Shown here: piece by piece, positions 1 to 16,292 of the stretch | Position numbering within the stretch: position 1 is the first letter of the stretch | Layout of the letters: each line of letters begins with the position of its first letter | Origin: the human T2T-CHM13v2.0 reference genome, Homo sapiens | DNA: 64,000 nt | Assembly: GCF_009914755.1 (NCBI RefSeq) | Contig: NC_060947.1 | Reading direction: 5' to 3' (one strand) | Program-made: the position numbers and the translations under genes | Notes under the pieces: generated by a model | The model's input: the letters and a program-made list of their open reading frames with translations, nothing else | Told to the model about the DNA's origin: nothing | Databases searched by the model: none

Positions 1-344
1 ACCTCCCCAAGTCTTTTCAATTTTGCCTTCTATATGACCTCTCAAATTTTTCCTTTTTTTTCTCCATCCTCACTGTTGTCAGTTTAGACCCAGACACCAA
101 CAGCGTCACCTGGATGACTGCAGTAGCCACCTAAGTAGTTCCTTTACCTCCACTCTTGCCTCCCTTCAGTCCACTTTCCTTATAGCAGCCCAAGTCAATC
201 AAATAATGTCTTCACCATCTCCGTCTCCCCTTCAGATTAAAATCCTGCAGAAGCTTCCATTGCCCTTAGGATAGAGTCGGTCCTTCCTACGGTCTGCAAG
301 GGCCTGAATGGTTGGCTTTGTTCCCTGCCTACATTTTTAAAAAA

Positions 345-346
345 TT

Positions 347-377
<31 letters not shown>

Positions 378-663
378 TGTGAGACAGAGTCCCACTCTTG
401 TCACCCAGGCTGGAGTGCAATGGCGCGATCTTGGCTCACTGTAACCTCTGCCTCCTGGGTTCAAGCAATTCTCTTGCCTCAGCCTCCTGAGTAGCTGGGA
501 TTACAGGCGTGTGCCACCATGCCCAGCTAATTTTTGTATTTTTAGTAGAGACAGGGTTTCGCCATGTTGGCCAGGCTGGTCATGAACTCCTGACCTCAGG
601 TGATCCGCCCGCCTTGACCTCCCAAAGTGCTGGGATTACAGGAGTGAACCACTGCACCTAGCC
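345..663 (-). mobile_element. Alu (AluS-type), full length
   Basis: Reverse-complement Alu dimer with (TTTA)n tail; flanking direct repeat CCCTGCCTACAT at 323-334 and 665-676. Confidence 0.95.
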
Positions 664-1264
664 ACCCTGCCTACATCTTTAGCCTCATTTCATAGCACTT
701 TGCCCACCACTTGGGCTGCCCAGTTTTCAGTAAATGAAACTGCAGTTCTAGTTTAATTAGGTTGTTAATTAAGAATTCTATGAAATGCAGCATACGATGA
801 CTTGCAAGCTAATTCAGAAACCTGTCGTCTTAAGATGATAGATGGAGATACCGGGGGATGGTACTGACTAATGCTGGGTTGACTGTTTTATTAAATTGTT
901 TGTCATGAGAATAAGGATTTCTAGAACCCATGTAACAATACTACGTACTACTTGACATTTAGATTGGGCTTTTATCTTTTTTTTTTTTCCAAAACATATG
1001 CATAGTGTTGTTCTCACTACATCTGGGTAAGGTGTGTAGTGCAGATATTTATATTTCTTGCTGACAGAGCAACTGAAACCCAGAGTAGTAAGATGAATGT
1101 CATGTAGCAAGTCAGGGCCCATCTATAGTCCAAAAGCATGGAGAAATAATAATACATAACAATAATAGTATTAGTAGATACCACTTGCAAAGCCCTTACA
1201 ATGTGCGAGACACTGTCACATAGGTTGCTATGTCTACTTCAAAGGTGAGGAAACTGAAGCTTAG

Positions 1265-1648
<384 letters not shown>

Positions 1649-1821
1649 TTTTTTTTTTTTTTTTTTTTTTTTTTTAGACAGGGTCTCACTCTGTTGCCCA
1701 AGCTGGAGTGCAGTGATGCAATCATGGTTCACTGCACCCTCATCCTCCCTGGGCTCAAGGAATTCTCCCACCTCAGCTTTCTGAGCAGCTGGTACTACAG
1801 GCACGTGCCACCACACCTGGT
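1649..1821 (-). mobile_element. Alu right-arm fragment (AluJ/FRAM-like)
   Basis: Poly-T then AGACAGGGTCTCACTCTGTTGCCC...ATCATGGTTCACTGCA (J-type); no left arm. Confidence 0.85.
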
Positions 1822-2145
1822 TACCATCTGGTTTTCAAGTCATTTCTAGTCTCCTACTGCTTTTGTTCTGCCAGGACCCTAAGTTATCAAAAACACAGAG
1901 AGTTCACCACTAGCAAAGGCAGGGTCTTCACTAATTGTTTTGGTTTCCAAACTCCTGTACTATATGACTCTGGGAGAGCTGCCCTCAACCATTGATTTGC
2001 CTTGAGAACTCTTCTCTTTCTTTAGCATGGAGCCCCTACTGGAGACAGGCTACTCTAGGCCTCTTTTTCCCTCCAGTGTTCTCCTGGTCCCATTTGTTTA
2101 ACCTTTTGTTCCTACTATTCCAAAATGGCAGAAGGGAAGAGAGAC

Positions 2146-2148
<3 letters not shown>

Positions 2149-2182
<34 letters not shown>
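2149..2182. repeat. (GA)n microsatellite
   Basis: Uninterrupted GA run. Confidence 0.95.
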
Positions 2183-2188
<6 letters not shown>

Positions 2189-2831
2189 TATTGTCCTAAA
2201 GATTTAGAGAAGAGCAAATGTAAGTCACTCATGCTTTGCCTCCTTGAACTCTACCCTCTTCCTCTTGGCCTTCCAAAGGCCTCCAGCAGGAGGATTGTCT
2301 AAGCCTGATCTTCTATATCAACCATAAGGGGATACTACTAACATAGTCCCATTTTGTGGTGCTCAGGACACCTTGATCAATATGCAGAGTTCTCCTTGGT
2401 ATGGGAAAAAGTAGCCTCGAGTGTCCCTAGAAGTTAGAATGTTTGACCCACAGTCAGCACCGGGCGTGCCATACAATAGGTAGCAATGCATCAGTTACTG
2501 AGTTGCAAATCAGGCAAAAGCCCCATCCTTGGATGGGTCTGCAATCAGTCAAGCAGGACTTCTTTTATAGATGATCAGGATGTTAGATTCTAAGAAACAG
2601 GAGTTGAGACTAAGATGGAAACTGATTTCTCAGTGCAGCTTGCTTTGCAAATACCCAGGCTATTTATGAGGGAAGCTCTTTAAGTCCTTGCTTTTAGTCA
2701 GGATAGATCCTTTAAATAGAAGTAGGACCGAGCCTGCAAGTGTAAAGTAGAGAGACTGAGAAGCACATAGGGCCCAGTACATGATGTTGGATAAACTCCG
2801 AGCTGGCTTTGTCTTCTGCCCAGAATCTCCT

Positions 2832-3037
2832 CTGTGATTCTTAAAGTGAATCTCTAAGGGTGGTCCCAGGACCTTTGGCATCAGCATCACCTGGGAACTG
2901 GTTAGAAATGCAAATTATCTGGTGCTACCTGAGATGTAGTGAATCAGAAACCCCGGGATAGGGACACAGCAACCTGTGCCATGCCGTGGCCTCCAGGGGA
3001 TGCTGAGGCCCACTCGATTTTGAGAACCACTGCTCTA
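2832..3037. mobile_element. MER5A-like hAT-Charlie MITE
   Basis: CATCAGCATCACCTGGGAACTGGTTAGAAATGCAAAT core and TTTGAGAACCACTG terminus. Confidence 0.75.
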
Positions 3038-3299
3038 TGATGCCCTGATGGCCAGGGCATGCCTTCACACTGCCGTCATTTTATCTGAACCAAAATTCTT
3101 ATGTGCCACAAGCTTTTGATTTTTAGTGACTGTATAGCTCTTGTTTATTCTGGTCCCCTGTCTGCTGACCCTGCCTCTGCGGCTGTCCAGAGTGACAAAA
3201 ATCATACTCAGACTCTCTTGCCTGATGCTAGTACAATCGGTTTAGAGTTAAAACATGACCTCAAATCTCCTATGTGTATACAGACTCAAATCATGAGGA

Positions 3300-3520
3300 T
3301 GGCATAGTGCTGAAGAGCGCTAGTTTTGGGGGCACGCATATCTGGGTTCATATTCAGGCTCTACCTCTTAACTAGATCTCTCTCGTGGATGCTGTAAACC
3401 TCCATTTCTTCATCGGAAAAGTGGAGATAACATCAACCTCGCAGCATTGTTGTAAGGACTAAAAGAGACAGTGTACGTGAAGTGCAGAGTATCTGGCATT
3501 CAACAAGTGCTCCCTAATGG
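3300..3520 (+). mobile_element. MIR SINE
   Basis: TCTGGGTTCATATTCAGGCTCTACC and CATTTCTTCATCGGAAAAGTGG MIR core-like sequence. Confidence 0.65.
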
Positions 3521-3747
3521 CAGTCGGATTGGACGGCTTATTTTCCCTTTTCAGTTCTCATGGCACTGTGTAGTTGTACTGTAACTTTAGGGGGTTGCTT
3601 TTCCTCATTTGTTTTACCATGAAAAATATTTTCTTTTCCCCTTTGGAGAAGAGAAGTGGCACACACACCACTGAGGATCACTGTGAAGGTGGAGAGGCGT
3701 TGTAGAAGATTGGTTAAATGCCCGGGCTCTGGGGCCAGATTGCATGA

Positions 3748-4047
<300 letters not shown>

Positions 4048-4499
4048 CAGAATGCATGAGATTGAACCCTCATTTCGGATTCAAAATCAGGATCACACAC
4101 TTACTAGCTGTGTGATCCTGCATAGGTTACCACTCTGAGCCTGTTTTCCCATTTGGAAAATGGAGATAATAGTAATACCTACCTTAATACAAAGATTTAA
4201 TGAATTAATATATGTAAAAAGCTTGAAATAGTGCCTGACACATTTGATTTTGAAACTGTTGAAAAGCATTGCATGGGCAGAATTTCCACAAGAAGAGAAT
4301 TTTGTGGGAGTTGGGGGGAACTTCTATAAACAGTGCCTAAAATCCAGCCCCAGTATCTAAGGAACATCCTGAATGAGCGCCTGAATGAATCGTGTATGTT
4401 TTGGCATTGTGTATGTCCAGCTCTCTGTTTAGCATGGTTCAGGATAATTTGCTTTGATAAAACATAGTAAAACTTTGATAAAAACCAGTAAAGAAATAA

Positions 4500-4830
4500 T
4501 GAACGTCTACCGATAGACATTCAGTTTAATGCTAGAGCCTGTAGTACTACAGACGAAGAGGAAATGCTCCCTACCCTTGGGGAACCTACATTCTAGCTGG
4601 ACAGATGAGATTAACAGCATGAAACATTACAAAAGAATACAAGAGAGTATTAAGTGCTAAACGGTGTGGCAGGGATGACAAGTGCTGCAAGAATTCAGAG
4701 AAGAAGCGGGGGAGTGAGACTGAAGAGAGGATAGACTTCTTAGAGGTGATGTTTTGAGCTGGGCTTTTGAGGATGGGGAAGATCTGGCAGGTTAGAGGAA
4801 AGGGTAAGTGACAGGTGCTTATCACATTCT
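4500..4830 (-). mobile_element. L2 3' fragment
   Basis: CCCTACCCTTGGGGAACCTACATTCTAG and GACTTCTTAGAGGTGATGTTTTGAGCTGGG resemble antisense L2. Confidence 0.55.
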
Positions 4831-5369
4831 AAAATGACTCATTAAGGATTTTTAAAAAAATAGTTGGCACTCCTAGGGTGCTTAATATCAGATTCACTTT
4901 ATACAGCTCTGTTTATGTGCCAACATTTTAAATCACACTGGACTGGGAGAGAAAGATCTGGGCGTTTGTTTCATCCTACCACTAAGTGGTTGTGTCCCCT
5001 CATTCAAATTTTCTTCTATTTTCTAGGCCTCTGTTTCCTCATCTATAAAGTTAGAGGCCTGAACTCAGTGACCTCTAAGATCCTTTTCTACTCTGAGTAG
5101 AGTTATACTAATAGCTAATGTTTACTGAGTGCTTACTTTGGGCCAGGCACTATAAGCTCTGTATGTAGTTGACCCTTGAACGACATGGGTTTGAACTGCA
5201 CTGGTTGACATGGATTTTCTTTCACCTCTTTCACCCCTGAGACTGCAAGATAAACCCTTGCCTTCCTCCTTCTCAGCCTACTCATCATGAAGACAGGACG
5301 GATAAAAACCTTTATGATGATCCCCTTCCACTTAATGAATAGTAAATATATTTTTTCTTCCTTATAATT

Positions 5370-5757
<388 letters not shown>

Positions 5758-5816
5758 TGATTTTCTTGATAACACTGTCTTTTCTCTAGCTTACTTTATT
5801 ATAAGAATACAGTATA

Positions 5817-6154
<338 letters not shown>

Positions 6155-6979
6155 TCAACTTTATGTTATCAGTAAGACTTTTGGTCAACAGTAGGCTATT
6201 TGTTAAGGTTTGCGAGAGTCAAAACTTATACATGGATTTTTGACTGTTGGGGGCGGGCACCCCTAACCCCTGTGTTGTTCAGCTGTAATGTGTCCAAGAT
6301 TCGTCATGCAAGGGGGCCACAGACGCAAACCACTAGTAGCACAAAGTGCAGGTATAGCAGGGGGTTTCTATGTGGGTGGTATTTACAAACAAAGAAGCAG
6401 CAGAGTGCATGCAGTCCTTGGAACACTACTCCACAGTACACGTCAGATAGAGATGTTCTGTATGCCCTGTGACCAAGGTTCCAGCAGGGGCAGTGTCTTC
6501 CCGGGCCAGCACACTAGATTTGGGAGAAAGCACTCCATGAGCGAGATTGAATCCTGTCCCCAACTTGTATTATATATTTAGTTTAGCCTAAGAGGGACTA
6601 GGGGACATCTAGTTTTTTTTTAAGGGACAGGAGCTGTATCAAGGGATTCTCCATCCCAGGGACCATTAGGGAACAGGCCTATGGAGGGCCAGGATCTGCA
6701 TAACTTAAGGCCCTAGGAACAGCCTTGCCTACCAGGAACGGTGGCGTTAGCCAAAGGCCTTTTTATATCTTGAAGACAGGCTCAGTGCTGCTGAGCCAGC
6801 TCTCTGCGAAACTACCAAAAAGGAGGAGGAAATGAGCCAACAGGGTCATCTGGATATGTCTCCTGTCAAGGATAGCCAGCAGAGCTGGAATCAAGCTCAA
6901 GCAGTGTGGCGCCAGAGCGCACACTCTTAACCAATGACCTGGCAGTGCCAATTCTTACACTCCTGCTAAGCATATTGAT

Positions 6980-7235
6980 AGTAGTATAACATAAAGAGAG
7001 CAGGTTAACTTTCAAGCCAATAAAACCTGTGTTTGAATCCTGGCTGTTCCACTTATTAGATGTGAAGCTTTGGATGAATTATTTAATCTCCCAAAGCTTC
7101 AGTTTCCTTATCTGTGTAACCGCCAAAAACAGCCCCTACTTCCCAGGTTCACTCTGAGGATCAGGGAGATAATCAATGTAAAGTGGTTAGTGTTGTGCCT
7201 GGCATATAGGCATTGCTTGAAAAATTCCTATTACT
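6980..7235 (+). mobile_element. MIR SINE
   Basis: GTTTGAATCCTGGCTGTTCCACTTATTAG...CTTCAGTTTCCTTATCTGT core. Confidence 0.75.
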
Positions 7236-7617
7236 GGCCTACCTTCCAGAAATGCTGAATTCTCAGATAATCCACAAGATGTCCCCCTTTCAATAGCAAG
7301 TTCCATAGCACTGCTATGTGTATAAATACGTATATCCGAGGATCTGAGTTCTTGAAAAATGACTTTCACGTCCACGCCTGCCTGTGCAAAAACATATATT
7401 GAACCATGTGCCCAGGAGGAAATCATAGTTGGCTTTGCAGCCGATGCACATATGGCTCTCGAGGCAGTTCTAAGGCGAGCCGGTTGCTTTCCAGGCTGCG
7501 TGTGGGCGGCGACTACATCCCTACAGTACAGCCAAAGCATGATGCAGTGGAAGGAGTTTGAGGATCTGTAATTATGTTCCTTTCCCAAGTCCGGAGGGAA
7601 GTATATAGCTCTTGAGG

Positions 7618-7667
7618 AGTGTGTGTGTGTGAGCATGTGCGTGTGTGTTTGAGAGAGTGTGTGCGCA
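7618..7667. repeat. Imperfect (TG)n microsatellite
   Basis: Direct reading. Confidence 0.8.
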
Positions 7668-7943
7668 GGGGTCTTTGTGCTCATGTGCATAGTGGGGGCA
7701 GAGCCTCCCCCCTGAAAATTTTGCACTAGACATGAAAGCATCCTTTCACTTCCTGCTATTTTGTGGGTTTTATTTTTGATAGGTCCTTGTGGTATAGGAC
7801 AAAAGTTCAGAAAGATACTCAGCTGTTTGTGCAGAACAGATAATACCAGACCTAGAATAATTATGTGTATTCAGGACGATGGAACAATAAGAAATCTAAG
7901 TGTGGAGGCTGCCTTTGCAGCAGGAGCAATATAGCTATAGAGT

Positions 7944-7995
7944 TATTTATTTATTTATTTGTTTGTTTGTTTATTTATTTATTTATTTATTTATT
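7944..7995. repeat. (TTTA)n/(TTTG)n microsatellite
   Basis: Direct reading. Confidence 0.9.
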
Positions 7996-8516
7996 GTAGC
8001 CACTTGAAAAATTGTTTTCTCCTTGTCAACACAGGGAGAAAGAAAACAGAACAGCTGTTTTTGATTCTTTCTTCCCTTCCACTCAGCTCATTTGCATACT
8101 GAGTAAAGGGCCTACAGCCTGGCAACCATTTTGCCCATTAGTCTATTGTACAAGGGTTTGTGTCTCCTAAAGATAATTTCCTTTGTTGTTTCTGAATGAA
8201 GGATGAGAGTGTCTCAGCTGCTATTGCTGCATTGCATTGCTTTGTTCAGGGAAGAGGAAGAGAAAACGGCCTTTTTTTTTTTTTTTTTTTTGCAAACTCC
8301 CTGGTATTCTGGATATTTTAGGCAAAGCTCTTGCCTCTGTTTGGGGCAGAGCAGGTCTGGGTTGGGACTGCTGAAAGATCTTTCTGCCCCAGAGAAACTC
8401 AGAAATTGGAACTCACAAGAAAGGTCTTCAGCAGCCTCAAAGCACTCCTCTCTTCCCAGGGGCCCATTGCCCTTACACCGCCTCCACACTGCCCCAGTTG
8501 TTTTTATCTACATTAG

Positions 8517-9429
<913 letters not shown>

Positions 9430-9569
9430 TGAATGTACAATTCTGAATGTATGTGGCAGTGTAGCAGGGCGTATGTATTGCCTCTTCCTGGACTGTCACT
9501 TTTTCTTGGTGGCAACTAACTTGAACATACCCTGGAGTAGAATGCAAAATGTCCTCAAATCTCTAAGAT

Positions 9570-9780
9570 AAAATAATAGCTAACATCCATCAAATGCTTA
9601 CTATGTATCAGGTTCTATTCAAAGAGCTTACTACATAGTAAATGATTTAATCTTTGCAACAACCCTAAGAGGTTTTATCCACATTTTGTGGATGGAAAAC
9701 TAAGGCACAGTGAGGTTAAATGACTTGCCCAAGGGCAAAGAGCTGAGTACATGGCAGTCCACACTCTTAGCTACAACGCT
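9570..9780 (-). mobile_element. MIR SINE
   Basis: GATGGAAAACTAAGGCACAGTGAGGTTAAATGACTTGCCCAAGG core. Confidence 0.8.
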
Positions 9781-10113
9781 CAATTTCCTGTCCAGGACAC
9801 ATTGGGCTGGGTCCCCAGACCTCCTAGGGAATTTCCTCTGCTATTCGGAGAAGGGTAGCTCTTCTCTTTAATGAATTTATACTTTGACCTGGACCTTTGA
9901 TTTCAGTAACTTTCTCTCAAAGGAATAATTCTGGTATTGGGTTTGGGGGCCAGCGACAGGTTAGTGGAGTAGCTAACTTGAAATTAGGGTTCTTTTTTGT
10001 GTCCTCAGGTCAAATCAGACCAGAGGTTAGTCACCTTCTCTGTTTATTCATTAGATCAGGAATATAAATGGGCATAGCAGGTATGAGTTTTTAGTCCACA
10101 TCACCAAGCGCAA

Positions 10114-10615
10114 TGCTATGGACTGAAATGTGTCCCTTCCCACCCCCCACCCCCATTCATATGTTGAAGCCCTAACCTCCAATGTGACTATATTTGGAGA
10201 TAAAATATTTAGAACAGAATTACAGTTAAATGAAGTAATGTTTGGACCCCTGATCCAATAGAATTAATGTCCTTATAAGAAGAAGCACCAGAGAGCATGG
10301 GAGCACCTTTCTCTTTGTCTTCCTTCCTCCCTCTCTGTGCCTCCCTCCTTCCTTTCCTCCCCAGCCCCACTTTCCCCTCCTTTTCCTCCCTTCACCTTCC
10401 TCCCTCTTTGTCCCCCTTTTCTTCCCCTCCCTCTTCTTTCTCCCTCTCTCCCCCTCTTTCTCTCTGTGTCTGTGCACAAAGAAGAGGTCATGTGAGCACA
10501 TAGCAAGATGGTGGCTGCCCGCAAGCCAAGAGAAGAAGCCTCAGAATGAAACCTACCTTGCCAGCACCTTGATCTTGGTTGGACTTCTCAGCCTCTAGAA
10601 CTGTGAGAAATGAAT
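10114..10615 (+). mobile_element. MLT1 (MaLR) LTR with an internal pyrimidine-rich expansion
   Basis: TGCTATGGACTGAAATGTGTCCC...ATTCATATGTTGAAGCCCTAACC start; GCACCTTGATCTTGG...GACTTCTCAGCCTCTAGAACTGTGAGAAAT. Confidence 0.85.
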
Positions 10616-10619
10616 TGAA

Positions 10620-11718
<1,099 letters not shown>

Positions 11719-12195
11719 TAAATAGAGTCTTTTCAGAGCCCCCAACATGGTATATGGACAGGGAATTACATCTCTGTTATTTTGAGGGTTTCCTACAATC
11801 TCCCGGGAGATCACTAAAGAGTCCTGGGCTTTTTTTTGTGCCAGAAAATCAGGAGAGGGCCAGATCCTTAGTTCTTAGTGGTTTCATCTTTTCTCTTGCT
11901 CCTTGGTCTCCCAGAGGCGGCCATCATGTGCAGGTCCTTATCAATTGCCTTTGGCACTGCTGCTCCAAGTGGGTCCAGAGATACCTCTCACTCAGGTCTT
12001 CCTTTTGATTGCTTACCTGTCGGGGGTGCTGTACCTGCATGGGGTGCACCGGTTTTACTACTCAGTTCTCTGACCCCTCCCAGTCTCAGCAGAAGGAAGG
12101 GCAAGCTGTCTCGAGCCCTTCTCTCTGTGTAATGATACTCAAAGCCCTTCTCTCTGTGTGAATACAGTATAATCCCCTTCATTAATACTTCAGAC

Positions 12196-12504
12196 CAGGG
12201 GTTGATAGCTTTTTTTCTGGAAAGGCCTCCAGCTATTTTAGGTTTGTAGACTATATGGCCTCTGTTGCAAATATTCACCTCAGCTAGAAAGGAGCCATAG
12301 ACTATAAGTAAATGAACAGGTATGTCTGTGTACCAGGAAAAAAACTTCATTTGTGGACATAGAAATTTGAATTTAATACAATTTTGTGTGTCATGAAATA
12401 TTATTTTGATTTATTTTCCCAACCATTAAAAAAAATCTAAAAACCATTCTTAGCTCACAGGTTGTACAAAGACAGGCCTCTGAGCCATAGGTTGCTGACC
12501 CCTG
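12196..12504. mobile_element. MER58B-like hAT-Charlie element
   Basis: TIRs CAGGGGTTG...CTGACCCCTG; 8-bp TSD CTTCAGAC (12188-12195) / CTTTAGAC (12505-12512). Confidence 0.85.
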
Positions 12505-12519
12505 CTTTAGACTCTTTCT

Positions 12520-12685
12520 ACTGAAAGCATGGATGCATGAACCAGAGGTGTCAGCAGCATTTGGGAGCTTGTTAGAAATGCAGAAGCTCAGGTCTCACTG
12601 CAGACCTACTCAATGTGAATCTGAATTTTAATAAGATCCCCAGGTGATCTGTATACACATTAAAGTTTGAGAAGTACTGATTTAG
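12520..12685. mobile_element. MER5A-like MITE
   Basis: GGGAGCTTGTTAGAAATGCAGAA...TTTTAATAAGATCCCCAGGTGAT...AAAGTTTGAGAAGTACTG. Confidence 0.8.
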
Positions 12686-13191
12686 AAGTCTAGTGCTGGC
12701 TTTTCTTTTCTGGACACTGGGGAGGGCGGAGAAGATGCTAACACCAGTTATCAGATATTTTTCTGAATACAATCCGTTGCTATCTCAACACTGACCATCC
12801 AGCCTGATTTTGGCTGTTACCCTTTCCTGAATGGCACAGCACTTCATAAATGTGGGTTATCGCCAGCTTAGTCATGCTAATCCACATATCATTTGCACTT
12901 GACCTCAGAATGAATCATTAAATGTTTTTGGCAGATCTACTTTTCTAGTTCTAGTTTACTTCTTTTCCACTTGCTGAGTTGAGCACCAGCTAAGTATTAT
13001 GGAAGAGAGGAGGCTTTGGGGCATTCTTGGAAACAAGGTCAAAACAACCTGGACTTAAAATTTTGCTGTAGCTAATTCCCACAGCATATGCAAATTTAGT
13101 AATACAATGCATGGACCACAACTATGGAAAATTTCAGCAAAACTAGAAAAATGTTTTTTAGAATTTCACATACCTTTAGATACCATATTAG

Positions 13192-13542
<351 letters not shown>

Positions 13543-14340
13543 TGTAGGCTTTTTCTTATTGTTTTTCCTAGGGTAATATTAAAATGAATTTGTATTCCAA
13601 GAACACACATCTGAGGACATAGGGTATTCAAAGGCATTGGGGGAAGCCTCACTGAGATTAAAATTTTCCTTTAGATAATTTGTGGGTTGATGTGCAACAA
13701 GCGTCATGAGGCGAGAATGTATAGATAATTAAGATGTGAGTTTTTTCTGCCTTGGGCTGTTTATGATCATACTTGTCTCCCAGATATACTTGGTGAATTG
13801 GATATCAACCCTCTCATCATAAATTATCAGTGAATCCTGCCCAGGACTCTGAGGATGCCAGAAGTGGGGAAGCAGGAGGAAGACTTCTGCTTTTCTCTTT
13901 CCAAGTCTTGTGGTCGTTAAAGTTTGATATCCATTAATGCATAAGTGTCATCACCCCGCTGAAAATGCAGCTCTTCTGTATGTGTTTTGATTACCTTGTC
14001 AGAGGCCAGGCAGAGAGAGGTTGAACAGCAGTGCTGCTCCTGCACTGTTATTTCTGCTTCCATTACTTGTCCCATCTGTCAGTTTCAGGAACATTCATAT
14101 CTATGGAGCCATTATTTTTAGTGCTGTAATTATCTTGGATGTCTAAAAACACAGTGTATCATGTTGGTCACATCATGGGTTGTAAAAAAGGTAGGTAGCC
14201 TTTCAAGGGGTGTAGGTTTATGGAACACGTTCCCAACACACTTGGGCGTGTGGCAGATTAAATGGGTACATTTCTTTGTCTCTTAAGAGTCAGCCTCTGA
14301 AGCAAGTCCCTAATGTTTGCTCTGGCCTTAAAATGTGCTT

Positions 14341-14652
14341 TATTTTTTTACTTTTATTTTTATTTCTTTGAGACACAGTCTAGGTCTGTCATCCAGGCTG
14401 GAGTGCAATGGCGTGATGTTGGCTCACTGCAGCTTCTGCCTGCTGCGTTCAAGTGATTCTCGTGCCTCAGCCTCCCCAGTAGCTGGGATTACAGGTGCAT
14501 ACCACCATGCCCGGCTAATTTTTGTATTTTTAGTAGAGACAGGGTTTCACCATGTTGGCCAGGCTGGTTTTGAACTCCTGACCTCAGGTGATCTGCCTGC
14601 CTCGGCCTCCCAAAGTGCTGGGATTACAGGTGTGAGCCACTGCGCCCAGCCC
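14341..14652 (-). mobile_element. Alu (AluS-type), full length
   Basis: Both arms; TSD AAATGTGCTTTA at 14331 and 14653. Confidence 0.95.
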
Positions 14653-14794
14653 AAATGTGCTTTAAAACTTTCTCATCATCTCCTACTCCTCATAGGCTTT
14701 TTAGTTTACCCATCACTCAACCTGCCTCTCGATTTGATCTTCCTGGCCTGTGCCCTGTGTGCTAATCTCATCTTCCCGATGGGTAGGAACCACA

Positions 14795-15010
14795 ATAATA
14801 GGTAACCTGTATTGGGTATTTACTCTGTGCCAAGCACCTTACAAACCTTATCTTACTTAGTCCTCTCACAGCAACCCTACAAGGTGGATATCATTGCTGT
14901 TCCCATTTAACAGAGGAGGAAACTGAAGAATAGTAAGTAACTTGCTCTAAGGCTACACAGCTAGTACTTTCTAGAGCTGGGATTTTGGTGCTGACTCCAG
15001 TGCACATGCT
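14795..15010 (-). mobile_element. MIR SINE
   Basis: CCCATTTAACAGAGGAGGAAACTGA core. Confidence 0.75.
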
Positions 15011-15049
15011 CTTTTTTGTTTGTTTTTGATGGGTTTCTTTTGATTTTGT

Positions 15050-15740
15050 AATTTTTTTTTTTACAAATTATAATTGTATACAATGATGGGATACACAATG
15101 ATGTTATGATATATGTATGCTGCATTAGTCCATTTGCATTGCTGTAAAGGAATACCTGATGCTGGGTAATTTATAAAGAAAGAGTTTTATTTTGGCTCAT
15201 GGTTCTGTAGGCTGTACAAGCAACATGACACTGGCAGACCTCAGAAAACTTAAAAGGAGGAACCTGCCATATCACTTGGTGAGAACAAGCAAGAGAGAGA
15301 AGGGGGAAGTCCAAGACTTTTAAACAACAGATCTTGTGTGAACTAACTGAGGGTGAGCTAGAACTCACTCATCACCAAGGGATGGCTCTAAGCCATTCAT
15401 GAGGGATCTGCCTCTAAGAAAGAAATACCCCCACCAGGCCTCACCTCTGACACTGGGGATTACATTTCACCATGAGATTTTAGGGGACAAACATCAAACC
15501 ATATCACATACAGTGTGGAATGATAGAATCAATCTAAATTACATACCTATCACCTTAAATACTTATCAGGTATTCCTCCCGTCTTACTGCAGCTTTGTAA
15601 CCTTTGATTGACATCTCTTCATTCCCCCAATGCCCCAGTCTCTGATAACTCCTCTCTGCTTCTGTGAGTTCCATTGTTGTAGATTCCACATGTAAGTGAG
15701 AGCATGTGGTTTTTGTCTTTCTGCCAGTGCATTTGCTCGT
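15050..15740 (-). mobile_element. Old L1 (L1M-type) 3' fragment interrupted by a MaLR LTR
   Basis: AATTGTATA...GGGATACACAATGATGTT before the LTR; AGATTCCACATGTAAGTGAGAGCATG after it. Confidence 0.7.
15121..15507 (-). mobile_element. MST-type MaLR solo LTR
   Basis: TGCATTAGTCCATTTGCATTGCTGTAAAGGAATACCTGA...CATCAAACCATATCA with TG...CA ends. Confidence 0.88.
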
Positions 15741-15759
15741 AACTACTGTTCTACTGCAT

Positions 15760-16040
15760 TCAAATAACAATGCCTAACATTTACTGAGTGCCTACCTTTT
15801 GGCTAAGCACTGGGCTAAGCTCTTTGTATGTATTAGCTCACTTGCTTAATCCTCTTAATGATCCTGTAAAGTAGGTTTTATTATGAGCCGTGATTTTCAG
15901 AAAAAGAGACTGGGGCACAGAGATGTTAAATAACTTACCTGAGTCACACCATTCAACAGTGCCAGACGGAAGTAACCTTTGGACACAGAGCACTCTGGCT
16001 CCAGAGTCTACACTGTTAGTCACTCTCTTATACTGCCTTC
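15760..16040 (-). mobile_element. MIR SINE
   Basis: AACATTTACTGAGTGCCTAC...GACTGGGGCACAGAGATGTTAAATAACTT. Confidence 0.75.
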
Positions 16041-16134
16041 CAGCTGTCTGCTGGGGCAAGGCAGAGGATGTGTGGTGTGTTCCTTTGGGTGTGTTCCTTT
16101 TGGGAGACAGTGGGGAGGGAGAGGTAACAACTGC

Positions 16135-16292
16135 AATTCACTTCCTGCCAATTGTTACCTTGTGAGAATCAAAGCTACCAGTTTTTAAGAGAGGCCCCAG
16201 ATCTGGATCTTTATATAAAATTTCCTTATTTTAAATATTGGGAACACATTCCAATTTTTAAAAAGCAGTATGCCCAATTAAAAACAATCTGT
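16135..16292. mobile_element. MER103C-like hAT-Charlie fragment
   Basis: TTTTTAAGAGAGGCCCCAGATCTGGATCTTTATATAAAATTTCC resembles MER103C; a possible second piece lies near 17080-17135. Confidence 0.55.

Noticed and set aside
7187-7741. 184-aa minus-strand ORF
   Set aside because: Spans a (CA)n tract and a MIR, has no recognisable domain, and has no supporting exon structure
10226-10524. Charged low-complexity ORFs (also 5312-5518 and 44448-44755)
   Set aside because: Translations of purine/pyrimidine microsatellites
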